DNA from: Bdellovibrionales bacterium
GTDB lineage: Bacteria > Bdellovibrionota > Bdellovibrionia > Bdellovibrionales > UBA1609
Assembly: GCA_965219095.1 (NCBI GenBank)
Contig: CBDCMT010000001.1
Span: 224,001 to 288,000 of the forward strand
Direction of reading: 5' to 3'
DNA length: 64,000 nucleotides
A program made the translations under genes and the position numbers. A model generated the notes under the pieces. That model saw nothing but the letters and a program-made list of their open reading frames with translations. It searched no databases and was not told the origin of the DNA. Below, piece by piece: positions 19,185 through 28,995 of the stretch; position 1 is the stretch's first letter, and each line of letters starts with the position of its first letter.

Positions 19185-21543
19185 GTGTTAGACAATATAA
19201 ACAAGATAACCAGTCTTTTTTTGAAGTAAGACTGAGAGTTCAAGATAAACAAGGAAATTGGACAGAAAAAAGAAAGCGAGGCTTAAAGTCCTTAAAACAA
19301 GCAAGAAAATGGGAGCAGAATCTCTTTAAAGGCATAGGAGCTGGAAGAATCCAAGTCGGAAACCTGAAATGGCAAGAGTGGCACAAATACTTTTTAGAGA
19401 CTATCAAACTCTCTATGAAAAATAGTACGGTTATGGGTTATGACGGAGGGTTAAAAAAGTGGCTTCCTATAGATTGGCGAGAAAAAAAGCTAAAAGACTT
19501 CTCAAAAAGAGACATTCATAGTTTTCTTTTTGAGTTCTTAGATGATCGAGTGACTGACCATATGAGAAAAGAGCTTCGTAAAAAGCTCAATCGCATCTTT
19601 CAGTCTGCCGTTGAAGAAGGGCTTATCAACAGAAACCCTGTTTTAGGGATTAAGGTTACTGTTCCTGTGAGTGAAAAGAAAGTTCTATCTTCAGAAGAGT
19701 GATCTTCCCCCAAAAAAGTGGACAGTTTTTATGTTCTTAAAGCCCTCCTTTGTTTAAATTCTTTTGGGCTCATGTATTTCAAGGAAGAATGCATTCTTAC
19801 CTTGTTATACCAATCCATGTAAATTGCAATTTTTTTTTCCAACTCTTCTTTCGTTGTACAGTCTTTGTATTCCAGTTCATCCTTCAACGTATGGAAAAAG
19901 CTCTCCACAAACGCATTATCATAACAATTTCCTTTCCTAGACATAGATTGCTTGAGGCCAAAGAATTTCAATTCTTTTCTAAACCCTTCACAACAATATT
20001 GAACCCCTTGATCCGAGTGGATTATCAAGCCCTCTAAGTTCCCAGAAACAGATTGGACTGCGGCTCTCAGAGCCTGTTTTGAATGAACCCCGTCCAAGCT
20101 CTCACAGAGCTTCCAAGACTTAATCTCTCGATTATAGACATCTAAAAATACAACCAAATACAGAAATTTATCTCTAAAAGGAATATAGGTTAAATCCGAA
20201 CACCATACCTGGTTTTCTTTTCCTGCTTGGCTCTGTCCTGTCTTAAACAACCGAGGAGACTTAATCATGAGAGGGTTATTCTTTGTTGTTCTAGGAACAT
20301 AGGGTTTTTTCTGACGGGCACTGAGATTCTTTAGTTTCATAATTCGAGCTACTTTGTTTTCTCCAGCACTCACTCCGCAACGCTTTAATTCCCTATACAC
20401 CCTGGGGGAACCATAACAGCCTTTATTTTTTTTAAAAATAGATTCTATGTTTTTCTCCAGATTTTTATCCTTTTCAAGCTTTCCCCTGGTTTTTAAAAAA
20501 CTATAAAAACCAGAACGAGATCCTCTTAATAATTCGCAAATGCGAAGCACTGGATGCCCTTTCTCTTTTACATAAAACATAGCCTTAAATCTCATTTCAG
20601 GATTTCCTTTGAAAAAAAAGCCGCTGCCTCTTTCAATATACCTACACTCCGCCTCTCATAGACCAGCTCCTTTTTTAACCTCTTTATTTCCTCCAATGCC
20701 GAAGCCAAGTCATGGGAAGCTTGTCTTTCTACTTCAGGCTTTAGAAAACGCTTCCAAGAGCTTATCACTTGGAAATTTCTCAGTCCTAGCTTCTCTGAGG
20801 CTTCCTTTGAACCTATTTCCTCTGCCAATTCAATGGCTTGCTTTTTAAACTCTTCCGAGTACTGTTTTACTTTTTCCATTCTTTCTTTTACCTCCATTTT
20901 ATGGAGACTTTAAGAGAAAATTGACTGTCCGCAGAAACAGGGGAAGTTCAGAGGTTTCGCTCTTATTAAAAAAAGCTAAGAAAGTAGAACACAGTTTTTA
21001 TCCTGTTTGGGTTATGGCTCTTTTTACAGGCATGCGATCAGGTGAGCTTTATGCTTTAGAATGGTCAGACATTGACTTGAAAAAAAGAATTATTTCTGTA
21101 AGTAAGCAGTGGACATCTAAAGACGGGCTTCATAATACAAAAACCAACAAGTGTCGATTAGTTCCTATTAGTGATGCTTTAAGAGAGTTTTTGGAGTCTT
21201 ACAGGCTTGAGAGAAAGCCTTATAAAGAAGTTCTGAAACCATCATGTCCCCCTATCACAGCCATGAATCAGAGAATCTGGTTTTACCTAGACTTCAACAA
21301 TGGAGAGATGGGGAACAAGCCAAAATCTTAAGAGGTTTTTGTTCTCAAATAGGGATAACTTCTGTGAAATTTCATGACTTAAGAGCAACTTTTATTACGA
21401 ACTTGCTTGCTCAGGGAGCTTCACTTCCTAAAGTCATGGCCATAGTGGGTCACTCAAGAATATCCACTACAGACGTATATTTAAGGCTTACAGGAATGAG
21501 CGTTCAAAACACCACAGAAAAACTTGGTTATAGACCATGTTAA
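19181..21543 (+). pseudogene. Tyrosine recombinase/integrase, interrupted by IS3 and frameshifted
   Basis: N-terminal and core-binding part 19181-19699; resumes at 20954 with TGMRSGEL; frameshift near 21250; FHDLRATF and GHSRISTTDVY. Confidence 0.9.
19700..20950 (-). mobile_element. IS3-family element (orfA 20592-20897, orfB 19729-20595)
   Basis: TG...CA ends (TGATCTTCCCC / GGGGAAGTTCA); 3-bp TSD GAG; WCSDLTYI, HSDQGVQY, DNAFVESFF. Confidence 0.95.
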
Positions 21544-21596
21544 TTTGTGGCAAGGAAAATGAGGCTATCTTGTTTTATGAGTAATTTTAGGGGTTT

Positions 21597-21620
21597 GTGG
21601 GTTTTCCATCCCCCGCTCCA
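21597..21620 (+). other. Degenerate tRNA-Gly-like 3' fragment (candidate att site)
   Basis: GTGGGTTTTCCATCCCCCGCTCCA resembles tRNA-Gly 3' ends (…CCCGCTCCA), about 55 bp after the integrase stop. Confidence 0.45.
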
Positions 21621-22200
21621 TTGAACGAAACAACCTTTCTATACGAACTATAAAAACATTTCAGGAAATTTCAAGGTATTTCAAGTCCCCGTATTTTCTA
21701 ATAAATCAGATAACCCTCATCTTAAGCGGACTTATTTCAAATTATTTCCAAGAATTTCAAATTTGTTATACATAATTTACCTGAGTTTGTGCTCAAAAAT
21801 GTACAACTACAGACGGACGTTTTCTTGACAAGACTTTTTCCAATAGATCTTAGTATTTTTTCCTGAACTTTATTCAAAGCTACTGTTTTGATGGGCTTCT
21901 TTGGTGGAAAAAAAGAGACAAGTTTAAGACAAGGGTTTTAAAATCTTCTATAAAAAAGTAAGTCAAAAATTAAAAAAAACTCTCCCCATTAATTTTTTTA
22001 GTGGTTATTAGGATGTTTATGAATAAGTCTTACTTGAGAAGAAACTTCTTGTTTATCCTCTTGTAACCAAACCCAAGACAATGAAGTAGTACACCATAAA
22101 ACTAAGCATAAGCTTTACGATTTACTAATCTGTTGGTTTTAAATTTCTGTAACACCAGATAGTTGAAAGTTTCGCATGGCTTTGAACCGCTGAAGTCAAT

Positions 22201-22830
22201 TTAGAAATTAAAATTCAACCCAAAAAGAACTGACGTAGAGGAATCTATTAAATTGACACCGATTTCTAAAAGAAAGACCTTGCTTTGATCAGGAAAAGTC
22301 ATCTCAGAACCCACAGCAATTTTTATAGGAATCTCTGTATCATCTCCTCCAAACTCTATGCCTACAGGTATAGCTACATAGGCATTAAAAGTACCGTAAG
22401 CAGATTGAAAATATTTACTCAAAAAGGGCTGGCCTTTAATAGTAAAAAGACTCTCTATTTGTTTTTCATCTAAAGATGAATTTTTCGAATCTTCTTTTTT
22501 TATACGACCATAAGAAATACCTGCTAAAACTCCCATAGCGGGTTGTTTTTGATAATCAGGAATAGGGACCCATTTGTAAAAAACTCCTCCCTCTAAATTG
22601 CCACCTAAACTTAAAGAGCCTACAAGCTGAGCTGAATCATGGATTCTTTTTTCGATAGAAGTGAAAACACCTATAGTTGTTACAGGAGAACGAATTAATT
22701 GAAAGGCAGGCAAGACTTTAATCTGACCATAAGGCAAAAGATCACCCGTTACACCATGAATCCAATAACTATGACTTAGTTGTGGTATCCATAGAATCAG
22801 TAGAATCAGTGAAATGATAAAACTTCTCAT
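22201..22830 (-). CDS. Exported protein, probable outer-membrane beta-barrel
   Basis: Signal peptide; amphipathic strands; terminal LFGLNFNF. Confidence 0.55.
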   Translation of the reverse strand: MRSFIISLILLILWIPQLSHSYWIHGVTGDLLPYGQIKVLPAFQLIRSPVTTIGVFTSIEKRIHDSAQLVGSLSLGGNLEGGVFYKWVPIPDYQKQPAMGVLAGISYGRIKKEDSKNSSLDEKQIESLFTIKGQPFLSKYFQSAYGTFNAYVAIPVGIEFGGDDTEIPIKIAVGSEMTFPDQSKVFLLEIGVNLIDSSTSVLFGLNFNF

Positions 22831-22926
22831 AATGCCTTTATTTTAAAAGGACATTTTAAAAAATTCAACTTCACAAAAAGAACTGCGAAGAAACTAAGAC
22901 TATAGGGTAGAAACATTTAAAGATTT

Positions 22927-23502
22927 TTAAAGTGCAAGAGGAAAACTCAATCCTATGGAATAGGTACGAAGATTTACCTTGAAATCATTAGGAACTGATT
23001 TAGCTTTATGATGTATCATTTCAAAATTTAAAGAGGTAAAAGGAGCTATACGAAATCCTATCCCTAACTTAAAACCTCTGCCTTTTTGTTCTTTTTTTTC
23101 TTCCACGTCTTCTTCAAAATTAAATTTTACTTTATCAGTTATTCTATAGCTCAACCACATTCTTAGTTGAGCTACTTGAATTCCTACATAAGTTCCTAAA
23201 GACAAACGAGTAAAGGGTACATCTTTGATTTCAAAACTTCCCCCATCTCTAATACAAAAAGAAAAGAGATCACCGGAAGATCTTTCAATATCCAATCCAT
23301 AAATAAAAAAACTTCCTATATGAGAACCAAACTTTAGTCCATATATTTTCATGCGAGCGTCTTTATCAGTAACGATGTTTTGAGAGACTGTGTAATTTCC
23401 TAAACCATAGTGAAAGTAAGGCTCTATAAAAAGGGCCAGACCAGCGTTTGCTAAGAGAGGAGAGCAGTAAAGAAATAAAAAAAGTATGAGTTTTTTTATC
23501 AT
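22927..23502 (-). CDS. Small outer-membrane beta-barrel protein
   Basis: Signal peptide; FIEPYFHYG, GFKLGIGFR, YSIGLSFPL strands. Confidence 0.65.
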   Translation of the reverse strand: MIKKLILFLFLYCSPLLANAGLALFIEPYFHYGLGNYTVSQNIVTDKDARMKIYGLKFGSHIGSFFIYGLDIERSSGDLFSFCIRDGGSFEIKDVPFTRLSLGTYVGIQVAQLRMWLSYRITDKVKFNFEEDVEEKKEQKGRGFKLGIGFRIAPFTSLNFEMIHHKAKSVPNDFKVNLRTYSIGLSFPLAL

Positions 23503-23831
23503 TTCTAAAGTGATCTTACATAAAATAAGACCCTATGAAAAGTATTTTTAAGTTATTGTTGTAGATTTTAGTGATTTGTATACAGCACATCTAAATGTCT
23601 TGAGGGTGTTAAAATAACTACTTTACCCTTAAATTCTTTCTAGAGAGTACTCAGTTACACAATTAAAATTGCAAACCCTTTATAAACTTTTCTTATATCA
23701 TTTATCATTAAGTATAAAGTAAAAACATACCCAGACCTTTGTCTAAATATCCTTTATTCAAACCACTAGAACACTCCCTAGCTTAACACAAAAATTTGAT
23801 ATTTTGTAAACAACCTAAAACTTAATTTTTA

Positions 23832-23869
23832 GGCTCCTCCCGGGAATCTGTGGGTTCCCGGGAGGAGCC
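23832..23869. mobile_element. 38-bp ISL3-derived micro-MITE
   Basis: Perfect 15-bp IR GGCTCCTCCCGGGAA, loop TCTGTGGG, 8-bp direct repeat AATTTTTA on both sides; core matches the ISL3 3' end near 62863-62893. Confidence 0.75.
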
Positions 23870-23987
23870 AATTTTTATTCTAAACTTAAGTCGAGATAAA
23901 CCAAGAAGCCTTATGGAAAAGACCCACAAAGAAAAAATATTAGCCCTTTTAATATTTTTAAAGTAAGCTACATAAGAAGGAGTTTTT

Positions 23988-24497
23988 ATAAAAAGATATT
24001 TCTTAGCAGTTTTTATTGTCTTATTGGCTTTACCATCTTTTGCTAGGCACTGCGGTTTGAGAGGAAGTATGAAGGAACGTATCCAAAATTGTGATACAAG
24101 TTGTAACCATAAGTCATACACATGGCAGTTGATTAGTCGCTTTCATAGTGGTTTTGAAATCTGGTACCATAAGAAAAGTCGTACAATATGGGCTGATAGA
24201 TCAGCTAACTATCATAAGGTTGACTACTTTACAGCTCGCAACATCTGTTATGATTTAGATTTATTAACTTTTGTACTTAGAGATAGAGAAGTCATCTGGA
24301 GACTTCCTTCTGCACGGGACTTCAAAACAGCTTACAAAAGCGGTATGGATCGTTGCACTCTTCGTTCTGAAAGTACAGTCTGGGTGAGAAAATCCCACAG
24401 GTCATCTCTTTTCTCAGTCTTTTATGGTGCTAGAAAAACTTTTCATCCTTCAGATCCCTATTATCAAAACTACTTTCGTTGTATTTTGAAGCTATAG
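23988..24497 (+). CDS. Secreted DUF1566/Lcl-like protein
   Basis: AAGGAG then ATA begins signal peptide IKRYFLAVFIVLLALPSFA; TIWAD, ARNIC, WRLPS and terminal FRCI motifs. Confidence 0.55.
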   Translation: MKRYFLAVFIVLLALPSFARHCGLRGSMKERIQNCDTSCNHKSYTWQLISRFHSGFEIWYHKKSRTIWADRSANYHKVDYFTARNICYDLDLLTFVLRDREVIWRLPSARDFKTAYKSGMDRCTLRSESTVWVRKSHRSSLFSVFYGARKTFHPSDPYYQNYFRCILKL

Positions 24498-24600
24498 TAA
24501 CCGTTTTTTTACAAACACCAAATCATAAAAAGACCTTTGTTAAAGAGCCCTATTCAAAAAAAGACTTGCTTTTTGGTTTTTTATAATCCAAAATCAAAAT

Positions 24601-25074
24601 ATGAATGTGAATTTAAAAAAAGGCGAGAAAGCTCCTTGTTTTATCTTACCCAATCAAGATGATCGAAAGATTGACCTTAAAAGTTTTAGGAGTAAAAAAC
24701 ATGTACTTATTTATTTTTATCCTAAAGCTCTTACTCCTGGTTGTACCGTTCAAGCATGTGCTATTAGAGATTATAAAAAAGAATTTGATAAACTCGATGT
24801 TGTTGTCCTAGGTATCAGTCCCGATCCTTTAAAATCTCTTGTGAAATTTAAAGAGAAAAAAAATCTGAATTTTGATCTTTTAGCTGACAAAGATCATAAG
24901 GTAAGTATTATGTACGGTGTATGGGGAGAAAAACAATTTATGGGAAGAAAATATTTAGGAGTTTCTAGAAGTTCTTTTATTGTCAACAAAGAAGGGATTC
25001 TTTTTGAAATCATACCAAAAGTTTCAACTAAAACTCACCACGAAGAAGCTCTTCAAATTTTTCGCTCTCTATAA
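24601..25074 (+). CDS. bcp: Peroxiredoxin Bcp
   Basis: YFYPKALTPGCTVQAC. Confidence 0.92.
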   Translation: MNVNLKKGEKAPCFILPNQDDRKIDLKSFRSKKHVLIYFYPKALTPGCTVQACAIRDYKKEFDKLDVVVLGISPDPLKSLVKFKEKKNLNFDLLADKDHKVSIMYGVWGEKQFMGRKYLGVSRSSFIVNKEGILFEIIPKVSTKTHHEEALQIFRSL

Positions 25075-25287
25075 ATATCTCTATAAGGTTGTTCCCAAAC
25101 TTTTCTAAGTTCACAAACTGACTACACTTCAAAAATCCCCTTTCTATCTAGCTAAAACACAATCAGAAAATATGGATGACCAGCCTTTTTGAAAGGCTGG
25201 GACTTAAAAGCCATGATTAGAAGAGTTAGACTCATTAAAGAAATACCCTTCTCAGTAGAAGTCAAGGGCTGTTAAGAAACCAACTTA

Positions 25288-26695
25288 TACCATTTCCAAA
25301 AATTAATTCGACATTCTTTTAACGCATTGCGTCCTGGCTTTTTGATAAAACTCTGTTAAATTTTTAGAGTCATGTCGAAAAAAGATTTAGTTACACAGAT
25401 TCAAGGGTATAATTTTCTGGCTACTTACAAAGTGGAAAGAAGTGCCAACATCAAGACAAAATTATTGGCTTTGCAGCATATGCAAGAAGGAAAATCGATT
25501 CAAGAAACAGCAGGTATGGTTTTGTATCACCGTCACAGTATCAAATCTTGGTTACAGTCTTTTGTAGACTTTGATTACGAGGGATTGATAGATCGAGAAG
25601 GCAGAGGACGCAAGCCTCGTTTGCCAGTGACAGAAGAGGAGAGGTTCAAAATCAAGTTAGATGAAATTCAAGACAAAAGAGAGGGAGGAAGCATAGGAGC
25701 AAAGGAAATACAGAAACTTTTAGCAGATGAATTTGACTGTTGCTATTCTCTTTCTGGGGTTTATGTTTCTTTAGACCGCCTTAATATTGTATGGATCAGT
25801 GGTCGTTCTCTTCATCCTAAAAGTTCATTAAGAAGCTATGGAACAGTTTAAGGAACATTTTCCAGAAGAGGTGGAGAAAATAAAGGAAAAGATTCAGACT
25901 AATAAAATAGAGATTTGGTGGCAGGATGAATGCAGAATAAGCCAGCAAGGTTCTTTGAGTAGGATTTGGGCAAGAAAAGGCACACGGCCTAGAGTTGTGA
26001 GGCAAAGACAATTTTTATCCACTTATATTTTTGGAGCAGTTTGTCCGGATAGAGATAAAGGCTGTGCTTGGATTTTACCGGAATGTAATTCAGGGATGAT
26101 GCAAATTCACTTAGATGAGATATCTAAAAATATTCAAGAAAACTATCATGGAATTGTTTTAATGGACAGAGCCAGTTGGCATACCACAGAGACTTTGATA
26201 GTTCCTAAGAATTTATCCCTGATGCCTTTACCTCCTTATAGTCCAGAATTAAATCCCATGGAACAAGTCTGGCAACAATTACGAAGGATCAAATTATCGA
26301 ATGCATGTTTTAAAAACTATGACCATATACTGAATACTTGTTGTGAGGCCTGGAATACTTTTTGCGATCAGGAGGGCAGGATTAAAAAATTATGCACTCG
26401 ATCTTGGACAAAACAACAAGATGAATCAAGCTTGTAAATTAATTTGAACCTATAAATTAAATTGTTTAACTGATTTTTGTCATTTTAAATTTTAACCTCA
26501 CTTTTTCACTTATTTTAACCCATCAATCAATTCACACAACAAATAGATATACCTGAAATAAACTTATCTTATGAAAACTTAACCTCCCCTCAAAAGAAGT
26601 TTTTTTAAAATCTCTTAACTGAAGCTTTTCCTTAAGTCAATTTTAAAATTTTAAATTTGAACATGAAAATGTCGAATTAATTTCTGTAATTGGTA
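25288..26695 (+). mobile_element. IS630-family element type B (frameshifted transposase 25372-26437)
   Basis: IRs TACCATTTCCAAAAATTAATTCGACA / TGTCGAATTAATTTCTGTAATTGGTA; WQDECR, MDRASWH, LPPYSPELNPME. Confidence 0.9.
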
Positions 26696-27551
26696 TTACA
26701 TGGGGCTTATAGGTCGAATGATTTCTTCTGCAGTTATGTTGAGATACATTGCTGAATTAGGAGAGTTTCTTAAAAGTTGGGAAGAGCAGATGAAAGAAAA
26801 GATACTTGAATCAGAGGTCATTCATGTTGATGAGACCTCTATGAGGGTTAAGGGTAAAAACTACTGGATTCATATTATAGTTCAGGAGAATTAGTCTTGC
26901 AGTTTCTCCACCTTTCAGGTGGAAGGGAAGCCATAAAAGATATTGGTCTCTTGGATAGATATGGAGGAGTGCTTGTGCATGATTGTTGGAGTCCTTACTT
27001 TTGTTATGATAAGATAACTCATGCTTTGTATGTGGCTCACCTTTTGAGAGAGCTTAAATTTATAGAAGAAAGCAATGGATTCAAATGGGCTACAAATCTC
27101 AAAAAACTTCTTAAAGAGACTGTGGAGTTAGTTCATAAAAAAGAGTCAAGAGTTCTGACTCAAAAAGAGTACGAAACTCTTCAGAGAAGGTATAGGAGTA
27201 TTCTTACAAAAGGCTTAAAAGAGCTTCCAGAATTTCCTAAAAAAAATGGCAAGAAAGGACGAATAAAGCATACACAAGCTCAAAACCTTTGGCTGCGATT
27301 TAAAAAGTATGAAGCAGAAATACTGTGCTTTGCTAAAAGAAAGAACGTAGATCCTACTAATAACAGAGCTGAAAGAGATCTAAGAATGACTAAAGTGAAA
27401 AAGAAAGTGTCAGGGTGTTTCAGAACAGAAGAAATGGCGAAATATTTTTGTCGCATTACCAGTTATGTTAAAACAATGAGAAATAGAGGGTATTCTTCTT
27501 TAGAAGCGATCTCTATGGCTTTAAATAAAAACTACGAGAGTGAGCAGTTAC
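26696..27551 (+). pseudogene. IS66-family (ISBst12-like) transposase 3' remnant with right end
   Basis: IHVDETSMR, LVHDCW, AHLLREL, TNNRAERDLR, KVSGCFR; terminus GTGAGCAGTTAC; frameshift near 26880. Confidence 0.85.
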
Positions 27552-27600
27552 AATATATGAAAGTCAAAACTCGGGTTTTTAGATGGTTACTTCAGAAAAG

Positions 27601-28836
27601 TTAGAAAGTGACTAAGCTTTCAAAAGGTGGCAATTTAGTAGGTAAGTACAAATATTCACTTTTATCCAGATTTTCTAGACCTAGTTGGCCTAACTTGTTT
27701 GAACCCCAACATTTCACTTTACCGTTCTCAAAATTTACACAGGTATGGTTTCTACCTGCTATAAGATTTACTATAGGACTAGAGAGATCTAAAGAGCCTG
27801 GATAATTAATATCAACAAAAATAGGAGTCAAACGAACACGATTAAGAGGAAAAAGGCTCCCTAACTGACCAAACCAATTATCTCCCCAACATTTGATTCT
27901 ATCGTTTTTTAAAGTCGTACAAGTGTGCTTATCTCCTAGAGCTATCTTCTCTACACCTTTTAAAAACCCTAGAGCTTCGAAGTTTTCAAAAACAGAAACA
28001 GGAGTTTTAGAACTTGTTGTGCTGTTATTTCCTAACTGACCAAATTCATTCCTACCCCAACATTTGAGTTCTTTTTCATCACTGAAAATAGCACAAGTAT
28101 GATTCCAACCAGATTGAATTTCGGAAACTTCAGTTAATGAAACAACATCTACAGGAGTTTTTTCCATCCACCTATCAAAGTTACCACCTCCTAATTGAGC
28201 ATAATCGTTTTTTCCCCAACACTTAACTGTTCTATTTTCCCCTACAATAACACAATTGTGAAAATATCCTACTGTGAGTTGTTTGACATGAGATAAAGGA
28301 GTTTTATCAGTAGAGCTTTTATAAACAAAACTAGGAGTGTTAGAATTTGTTGTGCTGTTATTTCCTAACTGACCATACCGATTATCTCCCCAACATTTAA
28401 CAGTTTCATCTTGTAAGAGAGCACACTTATGATATTGTCCTAAGCCTACTTGTTTAATATGAGTAAGTCCTGTCACTTCTGTAGGTGGTGTGATTGAACT
28501 CTTTGAAGACATTCTTCCCCAACATGTTATTTTTCTATCATCATCAACAATAATACAAGTTTGCTCAAAGCCTGCTGAGAGAGCTTTTATATTTTTTCGA
28601 TCACATTCCAATAGATCGTGATTAAATTTCAAAATTTTCCTATTTTTCTCATTATTACCTAATTGACCGAACTTATTTGAACCCCAACAGTAAAGGTTTT
28701 GATTTTCATAAGCACAGGTATGATCTGATCCTGTAGAAAGAATAAGGTTGGTTTTATGTACTTTTAAGCCATCATCCTCAGAACAGCCTATCAAGATAAA
28801 AGTCCATAAAAAAAGTATCTTACTCAATAATTTCAC
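27601..28836 (-). CDS. RCC1-repeat lipoprotein
   Basis: Lipobox ILIGC; repeated G.xHTC...VKCWG.N.xGQLG. Confidence 0.9.
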   Translation of the reverse strand: MKLLSKILFLWTFILIGCSEDDGLKVHKTNLILSTGSDHTCAYENQNLYCWGSNKFGQLGNNEKNRKILKFNHDLLECDRKNIKALSAGFEQTCIIVDDDRKITCWGRMSSKSSITPPTEVTGLTHIKQVGLGQYHKCALLQDETVKCWGDNRYGQLGNNSTTNSNTPSFVYKSSTDKTPLSHVKQLTVGYFHNCVIVGENRTVKCWGKNDYAQLGGGNFDRWMEKTPVDVVSLTEVSEIQSGWNHTCAIFSDEKELKCWGRNEFGQLGNNSTTSSKTPVSVFENFEALGFLKGVEKIALGDKHTCTTLKNDRIKCWGDNWFGQLGSLFPLNRVRLTPIFVDINYPGSLDLSSPIVNLIAGRNHTCVNFENGKVKCWGSNKLGQLGLENLDKSEYLYLPTKLPPFESLVTF

Positions 28837-28934
28837 TCTAACACCTCTTTAATTTATAGAGATTTCCTTTTATTTTTCGGAATAGAAAAAAGAAAAATAA
28901 ATAGATTTTAGGCTAGTTCTCTAAAAAATTTTTA

Positions 28935-28983
28935 CCTTCTCAAAAGAATCTGTGGTTTTCCGGAGGTTCTGGCAGTTTTCCAA
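28935..28983 (-). mobile_element. ISL3 3'-end remnant
   Basis: Near-identical to 62863-62911. Confidence 0.75.
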
Positions 28984-28995
28984 TGAAAATAAGTT

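Noticed and set aside
20921..20953. Separate gene starting at 20921
   Set aside because: The start lies in the IS3 IR; it is the integrase continuation
21541..21620. Intact tRNA gene
   Set aside because: Only a degenerate 3' fragment, no cloverleaf
3490..24497. Diversity-generating retroelement behind the paralog variation or the Lcl-like gene
   Set aside because: No reverse transcriptase and no TR/VR pair in the window; differences are not adenine-restricted
25180..25200. Hairpin CCAGCCTTT/AAAGGCTGG as the bcp terminator
   Set aside because: No U-tract and about 100 bp downstream, in IS debris
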